Source: Eledone cirrhosa
Lineage: Eukaryota
Length of the DNA: 64,000 nt
Assembly: GCA_964016885.1 (NCBI GenBank)
Contig: OZ024758.1
Location: forward strand, 11,222,001 to 11,286,000
Direction: 5' to 3'
The first letter of the stretch is position 1. Every line of letters starts with the position of its first letter. The position numbers and the translations under genes were made by a program. Below, in pieces: positions 39,938 to 52,908 of this stretch. The notes beneath the pieces are model-generated. The model made no database searches, was not told where the DNA came from, and saw nothing but the letters and a program-made list of their open reading frames with translations.

Positions 39938-40699
39938 TTAACTCTTTAGCATTTACATTACTCTATATATACTATTGTATTTACATGGTAAAGGCTTTAC
40001 CTCACATAATATCTTACATAACATTTACATTACTCTATATATAGTATTGTATTTTTGTAGTAAAGGCTTTACCTCACATAATTATCTCACATAATAAGAC
40101 GTTATGTGAGATATTATGTGTGGTAAAACCTTTACCATGAAAATACAATACTATATATAGAGTAATGTAAATTTTATGTGAGATATTATGTGAGGTAAAG
40201 CCTTTACTGTAAAAATACAATAGTATATATAGAGTAATGTAAATGTTATGTGAGATATTATGTGAGGTAAAGCCTTTACTGTGACAATACAATAGTATAT
40301 ATAGAGTAATGTAAATGTTATGTGAGATATTATGTGAGCTAAAGCTTTTACTGTGAAAATATAATAGTATATATAGAGAGTAATGTAAATGTTATGTGAG
40401 ATATTATGTGAGGTAAAGCTTTTACTGTAAAAATACAATAGTATATATAGAGTAATGTAAACGCTAAAGGGTTAACCCTTTAGTGTTCAAACAGGCCAAA
40501 ACCGGCCAGAATTCTCTACCTCTTTCTGTTGAAACTGGCTGTATCTGGTCACTCAAACTGATGTTAAGGTATTGTTTTCAAAATAAATACTTTCAAAATC
40601 TCATAGATTCGATATTATGTGAGATAATTATGCGAGGTAAAGCCTTTACCATTAAAATATAATAGTATATATAGAGTAATGTGAATGCTAAAGGGTTAA
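39938..40699. mobile_element. Two abutting piggyBac-type MITEs sharing a TTAA; the first contains internally amplified ~73-bp units in inverted orientation
   Basis: TTAA(39938)-CTCTTTAGC...GCTAAAGGG-TTAA(40472)-CCCTTTAG...GCTAAAGGG-TTAA(40696). Internal units CATTTACATTACTCTATATATA... occur with their reverse complements. Confidence 0.8.
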
Positions 40700-41101
40700 A
40701 GATGAAATATTCCAAAGACGTCATATATGTAAAAAACCAAAAGGCATCAGATAAGATGTTACCATATTTAATATATGGACTACTAATTCTCCTTGTTTTA
40801 AATATATTAACAGTAAAACTTATGTATTGTCTACAAGACAGATGGCAGTGATATCCCTGAATTATTTAGTCTCAAAATAGAAACATACTGAGACAGAAAT
40901 TAGCATCGGTATCTATTAAAAGACAAATTCTTTCTAAAAATAGCCTGGAGGAATAAACACAATTGCTGAATATAGATTTATGTAGAAGATATTAAGTTTT
41001 GAGGGTGAATAAGAATAACTGTCGGCAATAGAATATTCCAGAATAACTATGAAAGGAAAGACATAAAGATATATATTGCTACTATCGTGTGTGTTTATAT
41101 T

Positions 41102-41151
<50 letters not shown>

Positions 41152-41654
41152 TATACACAGATTGCTACAAAGATAGATATATATGAACATAAAGATATAT
41201 ATTGTTACTATTGTGTGTGTGTGTGTTTATATTACAATAGATATATACATACATAGATCTCTACAAAGAGATATATATATATATATATACATAAATCTCT
41301 ACAAAGATATATATATATATATATATACATAAATCTCTACAAAGATATATATATATACATACATAAATCTCTACAAAGATATATATATATATATATATAT
41401 ACATAAAGGTATATATATCCATGTACATTTATACAAGAATATGCATAACTAAATATATAAATGCATCTGGTGATAATACACACATATACAACATCATCAT
41501 CATTGTTTTAACACCTGCTTTCCCTGCTAGAAAGGGTTGGACAGGTCTATATAGACCTTGTCAGTACTGAAGTGAGGCTATTGATCTCCCAGACAGGCTA
41601 GAGATCTCTGTCCTGCTTATTTACAGTCTTACATTCTACTGAGTGCACAGGAGA

Positions 41655-41975
41655 GGTATCCCAGAACCAGTAATAGTTTCAGACAGTTTAGTATCCCAGA
41701 ACCAGTAATAGTTTCAGACAGTTTAGTATCCCAGAACCAGTAACAGTTTAGTATCCCAGAACCAGTATCAATTTCAGACAGTTTAGTATCCCAGAACCAG
41801 TAACAATTTCAGACAGTTTAGTATCCCAGAACCAGTAATAGTTTCAGACAGTTTAGTATCCCAGAACCAGTAACAGTTTAGTATCCCAGAACCAGTATCA
41901 ATTTCAGACAGTTTAGTATCCCAGAACCAGTAACAATTTCAGACAGTTTAGTATCCCAGAACAAGGGACAGTTTA
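41655..41975. repeat. 35/25-bp tandem repeat with a 130-bp higher-order period
   Basis: GTATCCCAGAACCAGTA core. The blocks at 41691 and 41821 repeat the same variant order. Confidence 0.9.
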
Positions 41976-42272
41976 CTATAAAAAAAAAGGTACAGTCCCT
42001 GGCTATGATAATAAACACAATAACAACACTAACAGCAACAAAAGGGCTCTGTTATTCATTATCCAGGTAATTCTGTAAAAAGATTTTATTGAAACAAAGA
42101 AGCAGATCTTTTGTTCATCTGTCAGTCGTGATTGTGGTGTAAAAGAAGAGATCACCACTGCATATATATATATATATTATATATATATATATATATATAG
42201 CATGTGACTAGCCTAACATCTATTGTGGTCTATCTTGATTTCATATTTGTTTACATACAAGTGTGGGTGTGT

Positions 42273-42312
<40 letters not shown>

Positions 42313-42342
42313 AGATCAAAAGATGGTTAAAAGAGTTCCAAG

Positions 42343-42413
42343 TATTTTATTCTGTGCATTTCAAAAACAAATATCATCATGGGATGATATCTGCGTTTTC
42401 ATCAGATAAAATA
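42343..42413 (-). ncRNA. Type I hammerhead ribozyme fold with a mutated cleavage site
   Basis: Minus strand: TATTTTAT-CTGATGA-AAACGCAGATATCATC[CCAT]GATGATATTTGTTTTT-GAAA-TGCACA-GA-ATAAAATA. Stem I is 8 bp and perfect, stem II has 15 of 16 pairs including G-U, and U16.1 is replaced by G. Confidence 0.75.
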
Positions 42414-42474
42414 GGGAGACATGATATGAAGCTTAAAAACACTTGTGAGCAGTGAAGTTTTAAATCTCTCTCTC

Positions 42475-42517
<43 letters not shown>

Positions 42518-42792
42518 GAATAGAGAGAGAGAGAGAGAGAGAGAGGAATAGAGAGAGAGAGAGAGAGAGAGAGGAATAGAGAGAGAGAGAGAGGAATAGA
42601 GAGAGAGAGAGAGAGCTGATGTTAGTAATAACACAAAGAAAGAGAGTTACTACTAGGACTTTGTTGTTTTAAAATAGTTGCTGAGATAGTCTAGAAACAT
42701 CTGTTTTGTGTTGATGTTAGTGTTGTTAGTGTTCTTCATGCTTTATTAATGACAATAACAGCAGTTATGGCAGGGGCAGCCATTGATATAAT

Positions 42793-42974
42793 TGTTTCTA
42801 CTTTAGGCACAAGGCCAGCAATTACCCAGTACATAACTGGTATTTTATTTTATCGACCCCGTAAGGATGAAAGGCAAAGTTAACCTTGGCGGGATTTGAA
42901 CTCAGACCGTAAAGGGATGTAACTATGCTATAGAAAGCATGGCTTCCACCCCTCTACCGATACTGCCAATTCAC
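42793..42974 (-). mobile_element. SINE family B, full length with a 13-bp TSD
   Basis: Homologous to 39402-39592. TSD CCATTGATATAAT at 42780-42792 and 42975-42987. Confidence 0.9.
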
Positions 42975-43089
42975 CCATTGATATAATGATAGAAATATGC
43001 CAGACTTGTGTTGAAGTTAATTAATAGTAGTTATTAAACTCATCTTCTTGATGAACTTGTTGTTTAGCTCTAGTTCAACCTTAACTGAC

Positions 43090-43680
43090 CTGACCAACAA
43101 TCAAGGGGTTTTCTAGCCCCAGGTCATCCCTAACTAGCAGGTCAACAATCAAGAGGTTGCCAGCCCCAAGTCAACCCTAACTGGCAGACCAACAATCAAG
43201 GGGTTTCCAGCCCCAAGTCAACCCTAACTGGCAGACCAACAATCAAGGGGTTTCCAGCCCCAAGTCAACCCTAACTGTCAGATCAACAATCAAGGGTTTT
43301 CCAGCCCCAGGTCATCCCTAACTAGCAGGTCAACAATTAGGGGTTTCCTGCCCCAAGTCAACCCTAACTGGCAGACCAACAATCAAGGGGTTTCCAGCCC
43401 CAAGTCAACCCTAACTGTCAGATCAACAATCAAGGGTTTTCCAGCCCCAGGTCATCCCTAACTAGCAGGTCAACAATTAGGGGTTTCCTGCCCCAAGTCA
43501 ACCCTAACTGGCAGACCAACAATCAAGGGCTTTCCAGCCCCAAGTCAACCCTAACTGGCAGACCAACAATCAATGGGTTTCCAGCCCCAAGTCAACCCTA
43601 ACTGGCAGACCAACAATCAAGGGTATCCAGCCCCAAGTCAACCCTAAATAGCAGACCAATAACGAAGGGTTTTCCAGCCC
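43090..43680. repeat. 47-bp tandem repeat, about 12 copies
   Basis: Unit GACCAACAATCAAGGGGTTTCCAGCCCCAAGTCAACCCTAACTGGCA; AACAATCAAG at 43191 and 43238. Confidence 0.95.
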
Positions 43681-43979
43681 TGATCATTTGTCATTTTAGG
43701 GTTATCCACGTCTATATTATTAGGTTCAATATAATCAAGATGTGAATGTTATTTAAGAAGAGCATGAACACCACAACACCTACATCTATGTAAGTCATAT
43801 GTCTGCAAGTTATATAGTATACATACCAACACAGTCCTCTCCTGCACACCACTTCAGATTCTTCTTAAACCCAGCTTCCCCCAAGCTCTGCCTTTCTCTC
43901 ACATTAACATTACACATCTAACGAAGCATGGTTACTTCATTTCTCTCTAGTCTACACATGTAGAAAGAGACAGATTATA

Positions 43980-44078
43980 CACGGTGTCCCCCCAAAATGT
44001 ATACACACTTTGGTTACCTGTACAGGCAATATTTATTAGAATGCTGTTGAAGCATGCATACATTTTTGGGGGGACCTG
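43980..44078. mobile_element. Tc1/mariner-type short MITE
   Basis: Same family as 33510 and 63781. TA flanks on both sides. Confidence 0.75.
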
Positions 44079-44422
44079 TATATATGGAAGACAGGACATA
44101 AATATATCAGTTAGTAATAGAGAAGAGAGAGTGTGTAATAATATGGTTTCTAAATTTTGGCATAAGGCCACTAATTTGTAGGGTGGGGGGGGGATGGGGG
44201 AGATTGATTACATCAACCCCAGTATTTGACTGGTACTATATTTTATCGATTCCCAGAAGAATAAAAGGTAAATTTTATCTCGGTAGGATTCAAACTCAAA
44301 ACCTAAAGAGCTGGAACAATGTCGCTAATAATGGTTATTGTGTGTTGTTTGACCTTAAGTGGACCTTAATAGAGTAGCATTATGATAAGAAGCATTCCAG
44401 CCATGACCATCCAGTCTGTTTT

Positions 44423-44458
<36 letters not shown>

Positions 44459-44656
44459 CAGTCGATCGACTTTCGTCAAATCGGTCCAAGGAAACAATGT
44501 TTACCATGGTCTTTCCAATTGCTAATACTATCTATCGGTCGCAACTCCAAGTAGAAGGAGCAACGTGAAATAAAGTGTCTTGCTCAGGGACATAACACAT
44601 TGCTTGGTCCAGGAATCAAACTCACAACCTCATAAATATATATATATATATATATA

Positions 44657-44922
44657 TGTGTAGAGGTTATATTTAATTTGTTGGGATACAACAAGCAAAA
44701 TATTTTTATTACTGATATAAAGCACTCAACAATTATTGGAGTAAATATACAATATATTAACAAATGGAAACTGTATTTATAAAACCATATTTATTTCATT
44801 ATACATATTTCAAGGGCCACCAGAGAAAACTATGGTGCGCTTTCATCAGATAAAATATAATATAGGTTAGCTTTATAAATAAATATTGACATACCCTTAA
44901 AAAATGCAACCATTCTGGTTGG
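44657..44922 (-). mobile_element. Hammerhead-bearing repeat family P1 (Penelope pLTR-like)
   Basis: Reverse-complement homologue of 57768-58040. Its 3' end abuts (TA)n. Confidence 0.8.
44792..44857 (-). ncRNA. Type I hammerhead ribozyme with an intact catalytic core
   Basis: Minus strand: TATTTTAT-CTGATGA-AAGCGCACCA[TAGTTTTCTC]TGGTGGCCCTT-GAAA-TATGTA-TA-ATGAAATA. Stem I is 8 bp with one G-U, stem II is imperfect, and stem III ATATGTAT is self-complementary with G-U. Predicted cleavage is after AUA, between 44800 and 44799. Confidence 0.8.
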
Positions 44923-45413
44923 AATCTCCTGGATAGCACAAGGGGTTACACAAAGTAAGACATTAAGGACAGTACAGGACAATACAGAATGGTACAAATG
45001 GGCATTTCTGCGTGTAAAAAAAACAAAAACAAAGGATGTAACAAAAAAGGATGACAAACAGAGAGATACAAAAACAGTGTTATTAGGTTCTCACTTTGGA
45101 TGAAAGCGAGAAAAGAAGTTCAACATATCGGACGTTAGTCCTTCATCAGAGAATAAAGAAAATAGAAAAAGGGGTACATGGGTGTATGTGTGTGTGTGTG
45201 TGTGTGTGTTGTTTAGTGTGTGTGTTGTTGTTCCAGCCATGACTCTCAATCAGATTAAATAACAGAAAAGAGGAAGTGCAAGAAAGACAGAAAGAAAGGG
45301 AAGAAGGAAATAAATAAAAAGCAAAGCAAAGCAAATAAAGGTTGTAATTATTGTTATCGGAGATGTCAGTCAACAAGATATATATACACACGTATATATA
45401 TATATATATATAC

Positions 45414-45456
<43 letters not shown>

Positions 45457-45520
45457 TTCCGATATATATGTGTATATATATATATATATTCCGATGTATA
45501 TATATATATATATATATTCC

Positions 45521-45559
<39 letters not shown>

Positions 45560-45795
45560 CGATGTATATATATATATATATATATCTCTCTCTATATATA
45601 TATATCTATATATATCAGATTGTAGAATTGGTTAGGTTTCCATAGACACACAAGCAGCACAAGACATATGTAAGATGTCCTCCCCTTCCTCCTTCACTTC
45701 ATTACAAGAAGAGTAGGAGGGGAAGAAGGAGGGGGAATGCAATGACATCATCAGATACTGACAGGAGAGAACATAATGGTACAGAGGTAGATTTA

Positions 45796-45838
<43 letters not shown>

Positions 45839-45841
45839 GGA

Positions 45842-45886
<45 letters not shown>

Positions 45887-46005
45887 ACAGAGGTAATTTT
45901 AGTGTGTGTGTATATATAAATATATATATATATCTAGAGGTAATTTTAGTGTTTGTGTATATATATATTGGAAGTGTGTGTGTATATATATATATAGGGT
46001 GTGTA

Positions 46006-46053
<48 letters not shown>

Positions 46054-46156
46054 GTGGTACAGAGGTAGATTTACTGGGTGCGTATATATATATATATAGG
46101 GAGTGTGTGTGTGTGTATATATATATATAAGGTGCGGTACATAGGTATATTTAGTA

Positions 46157-46492
46157 TCATCATCATCATCATTTTACGTCCGCTTTTCTCTGCTTGCAAG
46201 AGTGGGACGGGAACTGATTCTGGCTTGATTTCTACAGCTGGATGCCCTTCCTAACACCAACCTCATTTACAGTGAGTGCTGGGTGCTTTTTTGCCGTGGC
46301 ACCTCCACGACCACTTTGCAGTGGAATGATAGGGACCCCAGTCCCTATCATCTCATTTCTACAGCTGAGTAAACTGGAGCAATGTGAAATAAAGTGTCTT
46401 GCTCAAGGAAACAACATCACCCGGTCTGAGAATTGAACTCACAACCTTTCGATTGCAAGGCCAATGCTCTAACCATTAAGCCATGTGCCTCC
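46157..46492 (-). mobile_element. SINE family A, full length
   Basis: Reverse complement of 38960-39300, flanked by the short direct repeat TTAGTAT. Confidence 0.92.
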
Positions 46493-46542
46493 ATTAGTAT
46501 ATATATATATATATATTTAGTATATATATATATATATATTTA

Positions 46543-46699
<157 letters not shown>

Positions 46700-46927
46700 A
46701 TATATATAGGGAATGGTATAGAGAGGATAATATTGGTACAAGTTACTTTAACGATGGTTTGTTGAGGGATGAAATGGTGGAAGTAATGTAGATAGAAATC
46801 ACGATAGTTGACATAAACAAATAGGTGTGTATATATATATATATATAAGGGCGGTGCCCCAGCATGGCCTCAGCCGGATGGCTGAAACAGGTAAAAGAGT
46901 AAAAGAGTAAAAGAGATATATATGTGT

Positions 46928-47070
46928 GTGTAGAGGTTATATTTAATTTGTTGGGATACAACAAGCAAAATATATTTATAACTGATATAAAGCCATGGTG
47001 GCCCTTGAAATATGTATAATGAAATAAATATGGTTTTATAAATATAGTTTCCATTTGTTAATATATTGTG

Positions 47071-47101
<31 letters not shown>

Positions 47102-47232
47102 TTATATATATGTATATAATTCCATGTATTCAATATCATTGAATATTTACTCCAGTAACTTCTTGAGTGCTCTAAATCAGTTATAAACATTTATATTTGT
47201 CGGACTTCCAACAAATTAAATACCCCTTCTAC
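46928..47232. mobile_element. Family P1 copy with a 5' inversion that breaks inside the hammerhead
   Basis: 46928-46993 is the P1 3' end in minus orientation. It is joined to plus-orientation TGGTGGCCCTT-GAAA-TATGTA-TA-ATGAAATA... that runs to the P1 3' end with an internal TA insertion. Confidence 0.75.
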
Positions 47233-47233
47233 T

Positions 47234-47269
<36 letters not shown>

Positions 47270-47562
47270 CACACACACTTTGGTGCAGTCTCAGTTGTAC
47301 ACTGTGTGTATATATATATATATATAGAGGAAGGGAGGAAAAGAGACAGAGGGGGAGGGAGGAAGCGAGAGGGGGGAAGAGAGAGGGGGTGGGGGGAGGA
47401 TATCCGTCCACATGACTGAAGAAATATCTAGTCTATTTCACTGAACATGCCGGCTTGCTTGTACCTGAACGAACACACATACAAATGAAACAGTTCTAGT
47501 CTTGTAAGAGTCATTTATATATATATATATATATATACTCTTTTACCTGTTCCAGCCATCCA

Positions 47563-47609
<47 letters not shown>

Positions 47610-47617
47610 CCTATACT

Positions 47618-47778
47618 TAGGGGTCGTCTTAACAGCATTATAGGCCCCGGGGCAAAGCAGAGCACTGGGGCCCCCTACCTCCACAACCACTCACAGGAAT
47701 AAAAATACAAATGGGCCCCCTATCCTCGTGGGGCCCCCGGACAGCTGCCCAGCGTGCCCATGCGTTAAGACGGCCCTG
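47618..47778. mobile_element. hAT-type MITE (~160 bp)
   Basis: TIRs AGGG(G)TCGTCTTAAC / GTTAAGACGGCCCTG. Flanks CCTATACT and CCTATTCT give a 7/8 match to an 8-bp TSD. An inverted copy is at 52909-53067. Confidence 0.85.
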
Positions 47779-47887
47779 CCTATTCTCTACAAATGTATTG
47801 AGTACCTTTTTTTAGCTACGGTTACTTCCAACACAACACAGCACAGGGATCTCTCTCTATATATATATATCTATATATAGAGAGAGA

Positions 47888-48020
47888 GAATTAGCCGTCG
47901 AAACAGCTTGAGCTCTGCCGTCGGGGTCATACTTTTTCTTATTCCCACTCTACTACCCTAAGTATTGAGTACTTTGGTGCGTTATGGTCCATCTGGTTCC
48001 TTACTACATTTCCTTCGTTG
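47888..48020 (+). mobile_element. Family P2 copy
   Basis: GAATTAGCCGTCGAAACAGCTTGAGCTCTGCCGTCGGGGTC...GTATTGAGTACTTTGGTGCGTTATGGTCCATCTGGTTCC, homologous to 58930-59063. Confidence 0.8.
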
Positions 48021-48050
48021 TGTGTCTGTGTGTGTCTGTGTGTGTCTGTG

Positions 48051-48102
<52 letters not shown>

Positions 48103-48464
48103 TGTGTGTCTGTGTGTCTGTGTGTCTGTGTGTCTGTGTGTCTGTGTGTCTGTGTGTGTGAGTGTATACATATATCCGCACTCTAAACTGTGTGGTTGTA
48201 TGTATTTAATAAAGATCGTATGAAGGTATGATACAGTATGTGGCGAGGGGTGGGGGTGGTGGTGGTAATGGAAACGACAGAAACTAATCGATAAATTGTC
48301 GTCAGTAATTTAAAAGTACAGACAATTCGATGCCGCACTCCAGCACTGTCGTCCAACATTATCGAACAACCACGACGACCACAAGAATCACAAGAACAAC
48401 ACTATCAGGCGATATTGTCATGATAGAGGTCAGCTCTGCTAGAACAGATGTATAAAATGAAAGG

Positions 48465-49692
48465 AGGGGGTTCCAAATATGACCAACCTGTTTTATTTTT
48501 ATCTCCAGAGTATATAATGTGAAAAGGGGTTCCAAATATGACCAACCTGTTTTATTTTTATCTCCAGAGTATAAAATGTGAGAGGGGGGTTCCAAACATG
48601 ACCAACCTGTTTTATTTTTATCTCCAGAGTATATAATGTGAGAGGGGTTCCAAATATGACCAACCTGATTTATATTTATCTCCAGAGTATATAATGTGAG
48701 AGGGGGTTCCAAATATGACCAACCTGATTTATTTTTATCTCCAGAGTATATAATGTGAGAGGGGGTTCCAAATATGACCAACCTGTTTTATATTTATCTC
48801 CAGAGTATATAATGTGAGAGGGGGTTCCAAACATGACCAACCTGTTTTATTTTTATCTCCAGAGTATATAATGTGAGAGGGGGTTCCAAATATGACCAAC
48901 CTGTTTTATTTTTATCTCCAGAGTATATAACGTGAGAGAGGGGTTCCAAATATGACCAACCTGTTTTATTTTTATCTCCAGAGTATATAACGTGAGAGGG
49001 GGTTCCAAACATGACCAACCTGTTTTATTTTTATCTCCAGAGTATATAACGTGAGAGGGGGTTCCAAACATGACCAACCTGTTTTATATTTATCTCCAGA
49101 GTATATAACGTGAGAGGGGGTTTCCAAACATGACCAATCTGTTTTATTTTTATCTCCAGAGTATATAATGTGAGAGGGGGTTCCAAACATGACCAACCCG
49201 TTTTATTTTTATCTCCAGAGTATATAACGTGAGAGAGGGGTTCCAAATATGACCAACCTGTTTTATTTTTATCTCCAGAGTATATAATGTGAGAGGGGGG
49301 TTCCAAATATGACCAACCTGATTTATTTTTATCTCCAGAGTATATAATGTGAAAAGGGGTTCCAAACATGACCAACCTGATTTATTTTTATCTCCAGAGT
49401 ATATAATGTGAGAGGGGGTTCCAAATATGACCAACCTGTTTTATTTTTATCTCCAGAGTATATAACGTGAGAGGGGGTTCCAAATATGACCAACCTGTTT
49501 TATATTTATCTCCAGAGTATATAATGTGAGAGGGGGTTCCAAACATGACCAACCTGTTTTATTTTTATCTCCAGAGTATATAATGTGAGAGGAGGTTCCA
49601 AATATGACCAACCTGATTTATTTTTATCTCCAGAACATATAACGTGAGAGCTGTTCCAAACATGACCAACCTGTTTTATTTTTATCTCCAGA
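48465..49692. repeat. 59-60-bp tandem repeat, about 21 copies
   Basis: Unit GGGGTTCCAAA(T/C)ATGACCAACCTG(T/A)TTTATTTTTATCTCCAGAGTATATAA(T/C)GTGAGAG. Confidence 0.97.
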
Positions 49693-49731
49693 CATCATGT
49701 CATGTATTTAGGGGCTACACATTGTCTAAAT

Positions 49732-49887
49732 CAATGATTCCCAAAGTGGGTTCCACAAAGGAGTGTCTGGGGTTCCATGAAAAAAGGTGAGGAGTATATT
49801 TATATTTCGACCATATAAAATTATTAGACTTTAGGGATCCCCCAAAAGTTTCTGAACCAAAAAGGGTTCCGCATTTGAAAAACCAGG
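49732..49887. mobile_element. hAT (Charlie-like) MITE
   Basis: Degenerate TIRs CAATGATTCCCAAA / TTTGAAAAACCAGG. Exact 8-bp TSD GTCTAAAT at 49724-49731 and 49888-49895, resembling the Charlie NTCTAGAN preference. Confidence 0.75.
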
Positions 49888-50915
49888 GTCTAAATGTCTT
49901 TCCGTTTATGAAATTGCAGTGTGATTTAGGAAAAATAGCTGTTATTTTTACCAGGTAAAATGACCACATCAATGACCCCTCGTGGTTATATAAGACGACA
50001 AATTAAATTGAGAAGCCAAACAACTGCATTTATTTCAAGACAAGAACCTGATGAGACCAACATTTAAACAATTCTGTTTCACAACATTGTTTTATTATTT
50101 TTTAATCTGCACCTTTATTTAATTTTATTTCATTTAAGGCAAAGATCGAATTCTTCTCAATAACCCATTTGTAACACATTAGGGGTCGATTTAATCGACT
50201 TTTCCCTCCCTCTTCCCCCAATAAACTGCTAGCCTTGTGCTTAAACTTGAAACCATTAACAGATTTATACGAAGTAAAATGAGATTTTGTAACGAGTATC
50301 TTTCAAGAGAAGGGCTCCGCTTTATTTTAAATATATTCATTGTTACAAAAGAGGATTAATGGCTTATCTTAATAGATTTTACTCAGTGACAGACAGACAG
50401 ATACCATGACGAAAACCCAGCTAATTAAACCTATTGCTCAATATTGATCACTAAATAATTTCTAAACTGAAGGGATTTGTGGACAGTCACATTAAACAAC
50501 CAGTACTTAGCTGCTAGTTATTTTGTCCACCTTGGGAGTAAGAAAAGTAAAATGCTCAGCTCAGTAAAAGAAAGGGGCAAATGTAGACGAAATGGTTCCG
50601 AAAGTGAAAGTTCGTACTTAGGGCTGAAGAGGTTGCAGGGCCCAATAACATCACGGATATAAATATTTACATACACAACTTTCGGCATTAGAAATATGGT
50701 AACGAAAGGAATTAAAAATGTCACTTTTAGCCAAGAGTTTACCACTAATGCTGTTCTTTGTTCTACTACATGTAAACTCTAGTAGTACTTGTACTTAAAT
50801 AGGAAATGATTACTCATTAGATTTTAGGAAGTTCTTCGCTATCCTTGAGTCTGGTGAGTTCTAGCAGGTGTTGTTTCGTGTCCTGGTTTCAAAAGAAACA
50901 CATCTCAACAGTGAA

Positions 50916-51387
50916 CCTTCTTAGTCTTCTTTTCTTCGCCCACTTATTCCTGAGTTGGTCGTGGGAGACAGAGTCCTCAAACACTCCCTCCAACGTGTCC
51001 AGTCAGAAGCAACCGTCTCTAACTGATCCAGCTGGATACCTAAGTGTGACCAGCCAAGCTCATGGATGTTATCCAACCATCTTGCTCGGAGTCTACCACT
51101 GGATCTCTTTCCAGTTGGTTTTGCTCGTAAAATATGTCCAGCGATTCTTTCCTGAGACATTCTAACCACATGTCCATAGTATCGGAGCTGTGATCTCTCA
51201 ATTCAGAGAAGTAGCAGCTCCACTTGGACTGGGAGTGACTTTCTGAGCTCCGAGTTACGCACTTTTACGAGTAACGTTACTCCAAAGACCCTTCGGAGGA
51301 ACCCCATTTCTGCCGCTTGTATTCACGATCGTATTCTTTCGGTCATTACCCAAGATTCATGTCTATGGGTAAGGGTTGGTACGAAAG
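50916..51387 (-). mobile_element. Decayed RTE-clade LINE, C-terminal ORF2 (Rex3/Expander-like)
   Basis: Manual minus-strand translation gives FVPTLTHRHESWVMTERIRS*IQAAEMGFLRRVFGV...VRNSELR...LLL*IERSQLRYYGHVVRM...GKRSSGRLRARWLD, with two in-frame stops. Confidence 0.88.
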
Positions 51388-51537
51388 CACAAAGACAATG
51401 AACCAGCCTGTCCTGTCAAAAGCAACCGCCTCCAAACTAAAGATATGTTCCAGTAAATACATCGTTTGTCTTTTATCTAAACAGTAACAAAAGCAAAGTA
51501 AGTAGTGAGGCGGAAAGGAACGTTATTTTGTTGAGAA

Positions 51538-51584
<47 letters not shown>

Positions 51585-51767
51585 GTGTCAATCAAAGGTT
51601 TGTCCATGATATACATTTTCTGTTTTTCTCAACACAATAACGTTCCTTATATCAGTCAGTCGCACATCACTGGCTCCACCATAAACAAAAGGATTTACTA
51701 AGATTACAAGATAACTGGATACTAGTTACATACTCACACTATATATATATATATATATATACAGTAT

Positions 51768-51805
<38 letters not shown>

Positions 51806-51931
51806 TATACACACACATAGAGAGAGAGAGATATTAGTATATATTAAAGTATTTCATGCACTTAACTTGACCTCAGGTTACAGGGTCCAGTTATGGCCAC
51901 CACTATAAAGTGGAGGAGTCGATCTAATACA

Positions 51932-51989
<58 letters not shown>

Positions 51990-52089
51990 TATATATATAT
52001 ATATGGATAGAGAGAGAGAGACGGGGCGAGAGAGATTCGGATGCTGTCTGCTGTTTCAGCAAAAGTGCGGTATATATATCTGTGTGTAC

Positions 52090-52127
<38 letters not shown>

Positions 52128-52132
<5 letters not shown>

Positions 52133-52297
52133 AACGAGTACGACCCCGACGGCTGAGCTCAAGCCGTTTCGACGGCTAATTCTGGACTAAATTTACTCCA
52201 GAATTCTACTCGTTCCTATTACCCACTCTACTATCCTAAGTATTGAGTACTTTGGTGCGTTATGGTCCATCTGGTTCCTTACCACATTTCCTTCGTT
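52128..52297. mobile_element. Family P2 copy with an inverted junction
   Basis: The left arm matches 58860-58919, followed by a partly deleted right arm and the P2 3' end. Lies in (TA)n. Confidence 0.8.
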
Positions 52298-52359
52298 ATA
52301 TATATATATTATATATATATATATGTATGTATGTGTACGTATATATATTTTTACTGATG

Positions 52360-52569
52360 TTTGTGCATTGCCCTATGTACTGTACATGCACTTTTTTGAT
52401 GGGTTGTGGTGCACCTGGGCACTGTGCACAATATTTCATTATTGTTATTGTTATTATATCATGACTCATACACTGTTTATTTTCCTGACATTTGTACATT
52501 ATTCTATGTACTATACATGCACCTTTGATGAGTTGTAGTGCACCTGAGCACTGTACACAATAATTTCAT

Positions 52570-52575
<6 letters not shown>
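52360..52575 (+). repeat. Two tandem copies of a ~110-bp repeat, possibly a LINE 3' end
   Basis: ATGTACT.TACATGCAC.TTTGATG.GTTGT.GTGCACCTG.GCACTGT.CACAAT..TTTCATTATT occurs twice. Confidence 0.6.
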
Positions 52576-52609
<34 letters not shown>

Positions 52610-52908
52610 ACGTATATATATATGTGTGTGTGTGTGTGTGATGTGTGTATACACACATCACACATGCGCGCGCGGAATTGATCGTTGTTACATCGATTTT
52701 TCATTGAGCAGATGACAAATCTTGTCAGGATGAATGTATAGGAAACAGCCTGACAGAATCCACTGGTTGATAAATAGGGAGGATAGAGTTTCTATAGCGA
52801 GTGTATATAGCGGATAGAAGAGTGTTAGAGTGTATATAGCAGATAGAAGAGTGTTAGAGTGTATATAGCGGATAGAAGTACAGTCGGATCGATGGATAGG
52901 TAGATAGG

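Noticed and set aside
43090-43680. Telomeric hexamer CCCTAA in the 47-bp units (and TTAGGG in many 43-bp units)
   Set aside because: Only one hexamer per unit with no tandem telomeric array, so there is no evidence for a telomere.
36697-46436. Recurrent ORF MPFLTPTSFTVS... at 36697, 38973 and 46242
   Set aside because: It is the antisense reading of SINE family A, not a gene family.
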